A stretch of DNA of 64,000 nucleotides from Saccostrea cucullata (taxonomy: Eukaryota): NCBI RefSeq assembly GCF_032062105.1, contig NW_026925910.1, positions 124,001-188,000 on the forward strand. Direction: 5' to 3'. The position numbers and the translations under genes were made by a program. A model generated the notes under the pieces. That model was given only the letters and a program-made list of their open reading frames with translations, made no database searches and was not told where the DNA came from. Shown here piece by piece: positions 61,113 through 64,000 of this stretch. Positions within the stretch are counted from its first letter, which is position 1. Each line of letters begins with the position of its first letter.

Positions 61113-62495
61113 CGAGGGTTGTCCGTAAAGTTCGTGGACACCACTGATGATTACTGACAGACATTGATAAAATATATGAAACAGTTATTTTCATTTAATT
61201 CATGTTTCATTTTATAAATATGCAAGTTTTCGACAAAAACAAAGCACAAATAGTTATATTTTTATCAGATACAAAAAAGACACACACTCATACCTGGAGC
61301 ACTAAAACAAAAATTCTTGACGTTACCCGACGTCAAAAGCTTAATACGAGCATATGTAACTTTTCTATACATAGTCACTGTTTAACAAAATGCATTTCTT
61401 ATGTCGCTTTAAAAATAAAAAAAAATGTGCACAAAATGTTCAAGTTTCATACTAAAATAACATTTAACAATGCCTATTTCACATCCTGCAATCATCCAAT
61501 CTCTGTCCGCATAAAGACGATTTTATTTAGGGAAATACGGTAAAGTCACGTTACGAAATTCATTTTTTACAGCACTGCAATCTAGAATGATGGTTTTCCT
61601 TCACGCATGTCATCCTGTAAACTGTTCCTTCTGTCCGAAAATATTATATGCCACTTAAGGTCAGACCACACGTTCCTCAAAAATATATAATTTTTCCTAA
61701 GAATTTGTCATTGAAATATAGGTACTTAAACAACTTTCCTCACAAAAAATTAGGGTACCTTACCAGGCATTTGGCCAAGATACCACAGGGTCATATTTCT
61801 TATTTAGCCTTTATGGGTAATCTTGTAAATTGCCTATAACACAATTTTTGGTGTACTTATATTTAAAAACATTTTGAAAACAAATTAGAATTCAGAAGAG
61901 TGTAACAAATATGAATAATTTTTGATGTAATACCAAGAGATACAAAACATATATTTGAGGAACGTGTCATCTGACCTTAAATACTAATGAACGGCTTCTT
62001 TTATTGTGTTTTCCCGACTGTTTTGGTCTCTGTAGGTGTTTTTCCGATGTCTACGCAGAATTATATCACTGCTCACTGCTCCACCTATTCCGAAAACATC
62101 CCTTTTTTGAACAATTTCGATCCTGTATTAATATGTTGTAACTTTGCTCAGCCAATTTGAAACTTTGAACGTTCAGATTTTGCAGGTTTGACGTGATAAC
62201 TTCTGTCAACATCAAAATATAAAATTCTTTCAGATTTTTGCAGAATTTTATAAAATACAAATGAAATTTATAAAATGATAAATAATTTTTTAATTAAAAT
62301 TTTGCGGTGCTCCGGGTCTCCATTCCAAGTCAATTTATGAAGTCATAATTGTAATTAAGCATTTGGAATTGGATAAAATTTTACATTTTTCAATTCACAT
62401 TTAGTAAAGGATTAGAAATATGCTAATTATGAATATCAATGACACAACTTTTATTTAATTTTTAGCCTGTCCACGAACTTTACGGACAACCCTCG
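61113..62495. mobile_element. Non-autonomous mariner-type DNA transposon
   Basis: Perfect 28-bp TIR CGAGGGTTGTCCGTAAAGTTCGTGGACA with TA TSD; TIR related to the 22483-23558 element. Confidence 0.9.
61659..61976. mobile_element. TTAA-targeting MITE (Kolobok-like) nested in the mariner element
   Basis: TIR GGTCAGA..ACACGTTCCTCAAA with TTAA TSD on both sides. Confidence 0.85.
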
Positions 62496-64000
62496 TACTG
62501 TTATAAGAATACATTTCCTTTCCCTTACCGGTGCATATCTGCATCATTCTCACAGCTTCTACCCATCAGTCAAACACGAGAATTCTATCTTGTCTTATCA
62601 AACTAGTCGTTTGACCACAGAAGAGAAAACAGAAATACGGTTTATCATATCAATCAATCTCGACATAAGTACTGGGTTGTTAATTTGGATTATATCAAAG
62701 ACAATACGATTACCAGAAAACATGAGTAAAACATTCAAGTTAGTCTGTTTTTCAAATCCCTTTTAAAGAGAACTGAATACATGTATTGGAAAAATGGCCA
62801 GTTTCAACCTTATTTTCCAATTATAATGACTGACATTGCATTCTTGTCCAGTGCAATAAAGTGCAATTCTTATTAAGATAAAGTGGTATAGTAGTAATTC
62901 TCATGTATATAAAGAAATCTACTAATCAGTCAAAGATGAGTGTTCATTTCTTCTTGAGGTTTACTTATACCCAAACTAACTGTTTGATTAAACAATAGTA
63001 ATAGGTTACTTTATCGAAAAGTCCTTCGATATGAATTTTGATCGTTAATTTTGATTCATATCAAAGAGAACAAATATTTAGAAATTGTGAATAAAAAAGA
63101 AATCCCTATCAAGTCTTTTTTGTTTTGTAAAGTAGCTTTTTTTGAACACAAAATAAAAATAGTGTTGATTTTTCAATCATATTTTAATTGAATTGGACGT
63201 TATTTGTTTTGATTGCCATTGCATTCTAGTCCAGAACAATAAGTGCAGTTAAATTCTTATTCAGATAAGCAGGATTATTTCTCTAGCAATTAAAAAAAAT
63301 CAATTCATCTGTCAAAGACAAATTTTCCTTTCTTCTGGATGTTTTGTCCATACCAAAACTTGTCGGTTGATGACAAATCATCAACACGCAGCTTAACACC
63401 AATCCCACCAAGTTTGTTTCTTTCAAATCCAGAGCACGAAATAGAAATAGTGTGGATTTTCAATTATGTTTTGAATTCAATTCCGAAACAAATTGACTGA
63501 ATGGTCAATTTGCAAGGCATTACAATGTTTTGCATTGTAATGCAGCAGAGTGCAATATCGTTCAATGATACTTTAATTACACAAGCATAATGACAATGTA
63601 TTGGAATTATTCCCCCACCATCCACCCTCCAAACACAGCCTATATATACATTTTTACCTTGGGAATGATTGTCAGTTGTGAAATTTGCATAATGTTAGTT
63701 TGTTACAAAGTTCAATAATTCGAATTATGGCCCTTTGAACAACGTAGATAAAACGATCTTTGCTATCTGTTTTATATTATGCAAATGTTCAGTCAATGCT
63801 AACAGGCGGCCAGTTTGTAAACTATATAAGACTTCAGAGAGTGATTACCAGTATGAAAAAATGTCAAAGTCAAAGCGACCAAAGATATTAACAATTGTAC
63901 AGATCGGTTTGAATGTGAGTATATCTCACTAAACAAGGACTGCAATCATGTAGAATCGAGTGCGTTTGAATGTTATATAATGAAAATCGGCGCTTTGCTT

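Larger units (their letters stand above)
59985..64000. repeat. Local segmental duplication: 59985-60830 is repeated at 63218-64000, with an additional diverged partial copy at 62835-63215
   Basis: Long identical tracts such as TATTCCCCCACCATCCACCCTCCAAACACAGCCTATATATACATTTTTACCTTGGGAATGATTGTCAGTTG at about 60440 and 63608. Confidence 0.85.

Noticed and set aside
62835-62870. miR-92-family precursor or sponge (GTGCAAT / ATTGCAC motifs)
   Set aside because: There is no pre-miRNA-length hairpin, and the paralogous copies change the seed match to GTGCAGT. The evidence is too weak without small-RNA data.

Overview
AT-rich eukaryotic genomic DNA with spliced genes and dense transposon remnants. 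It is most likely an ostreid bivalve (oyster); this is inferred from the SINE, MITE and Penelope-like repeat types, not proven. Manual GT/GC-AG exon assembly with phase checking supports eight protein-coding genes. (1) The 5' part of BBX (HMG-box, minus strand, runs off the left edge). (2-3) Two tandem 3-exon beta-microseminoprotein/PSP94-like secreted 10-Cys proteins, largely absent from the ORF track. (4) A complete 15-exon maelstrom (MAEL, piRNA pathway, 622 aa, minus). (5) A single-exon GT31 beta-1,3-galactosyltransferase. (6) A 4-exon 356-aa uncharacterised coiled-coil protein. (7) A 9-exon 759-aa secreted precursor with a furin site and VNIN repeats. (8) A 16-exon SLC5 sodium:solute symporter with a GC-AG intron. 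Mobile DNA includes a young CR1-type LINE, L2-, RTE-X- and CR1-like remnants, Penelope-like fragments, tRNA-SINEs and many MITEs, several of them nested. The most notable observations are: TE and tandem-repeat remodelling of mael (promoter mini-MITE, sense L2 about 10 bp from a splice donor, duplicated donor and acceptor sites, GRG-rich tail); a tandem pseudoknot-like RNA motif in an RTE-X 3' UTR; long palindromes capped by C(GNA)G triloops; and the modular secreted precursor. No prokaryotic-type system (CRISPR, operon) is present.
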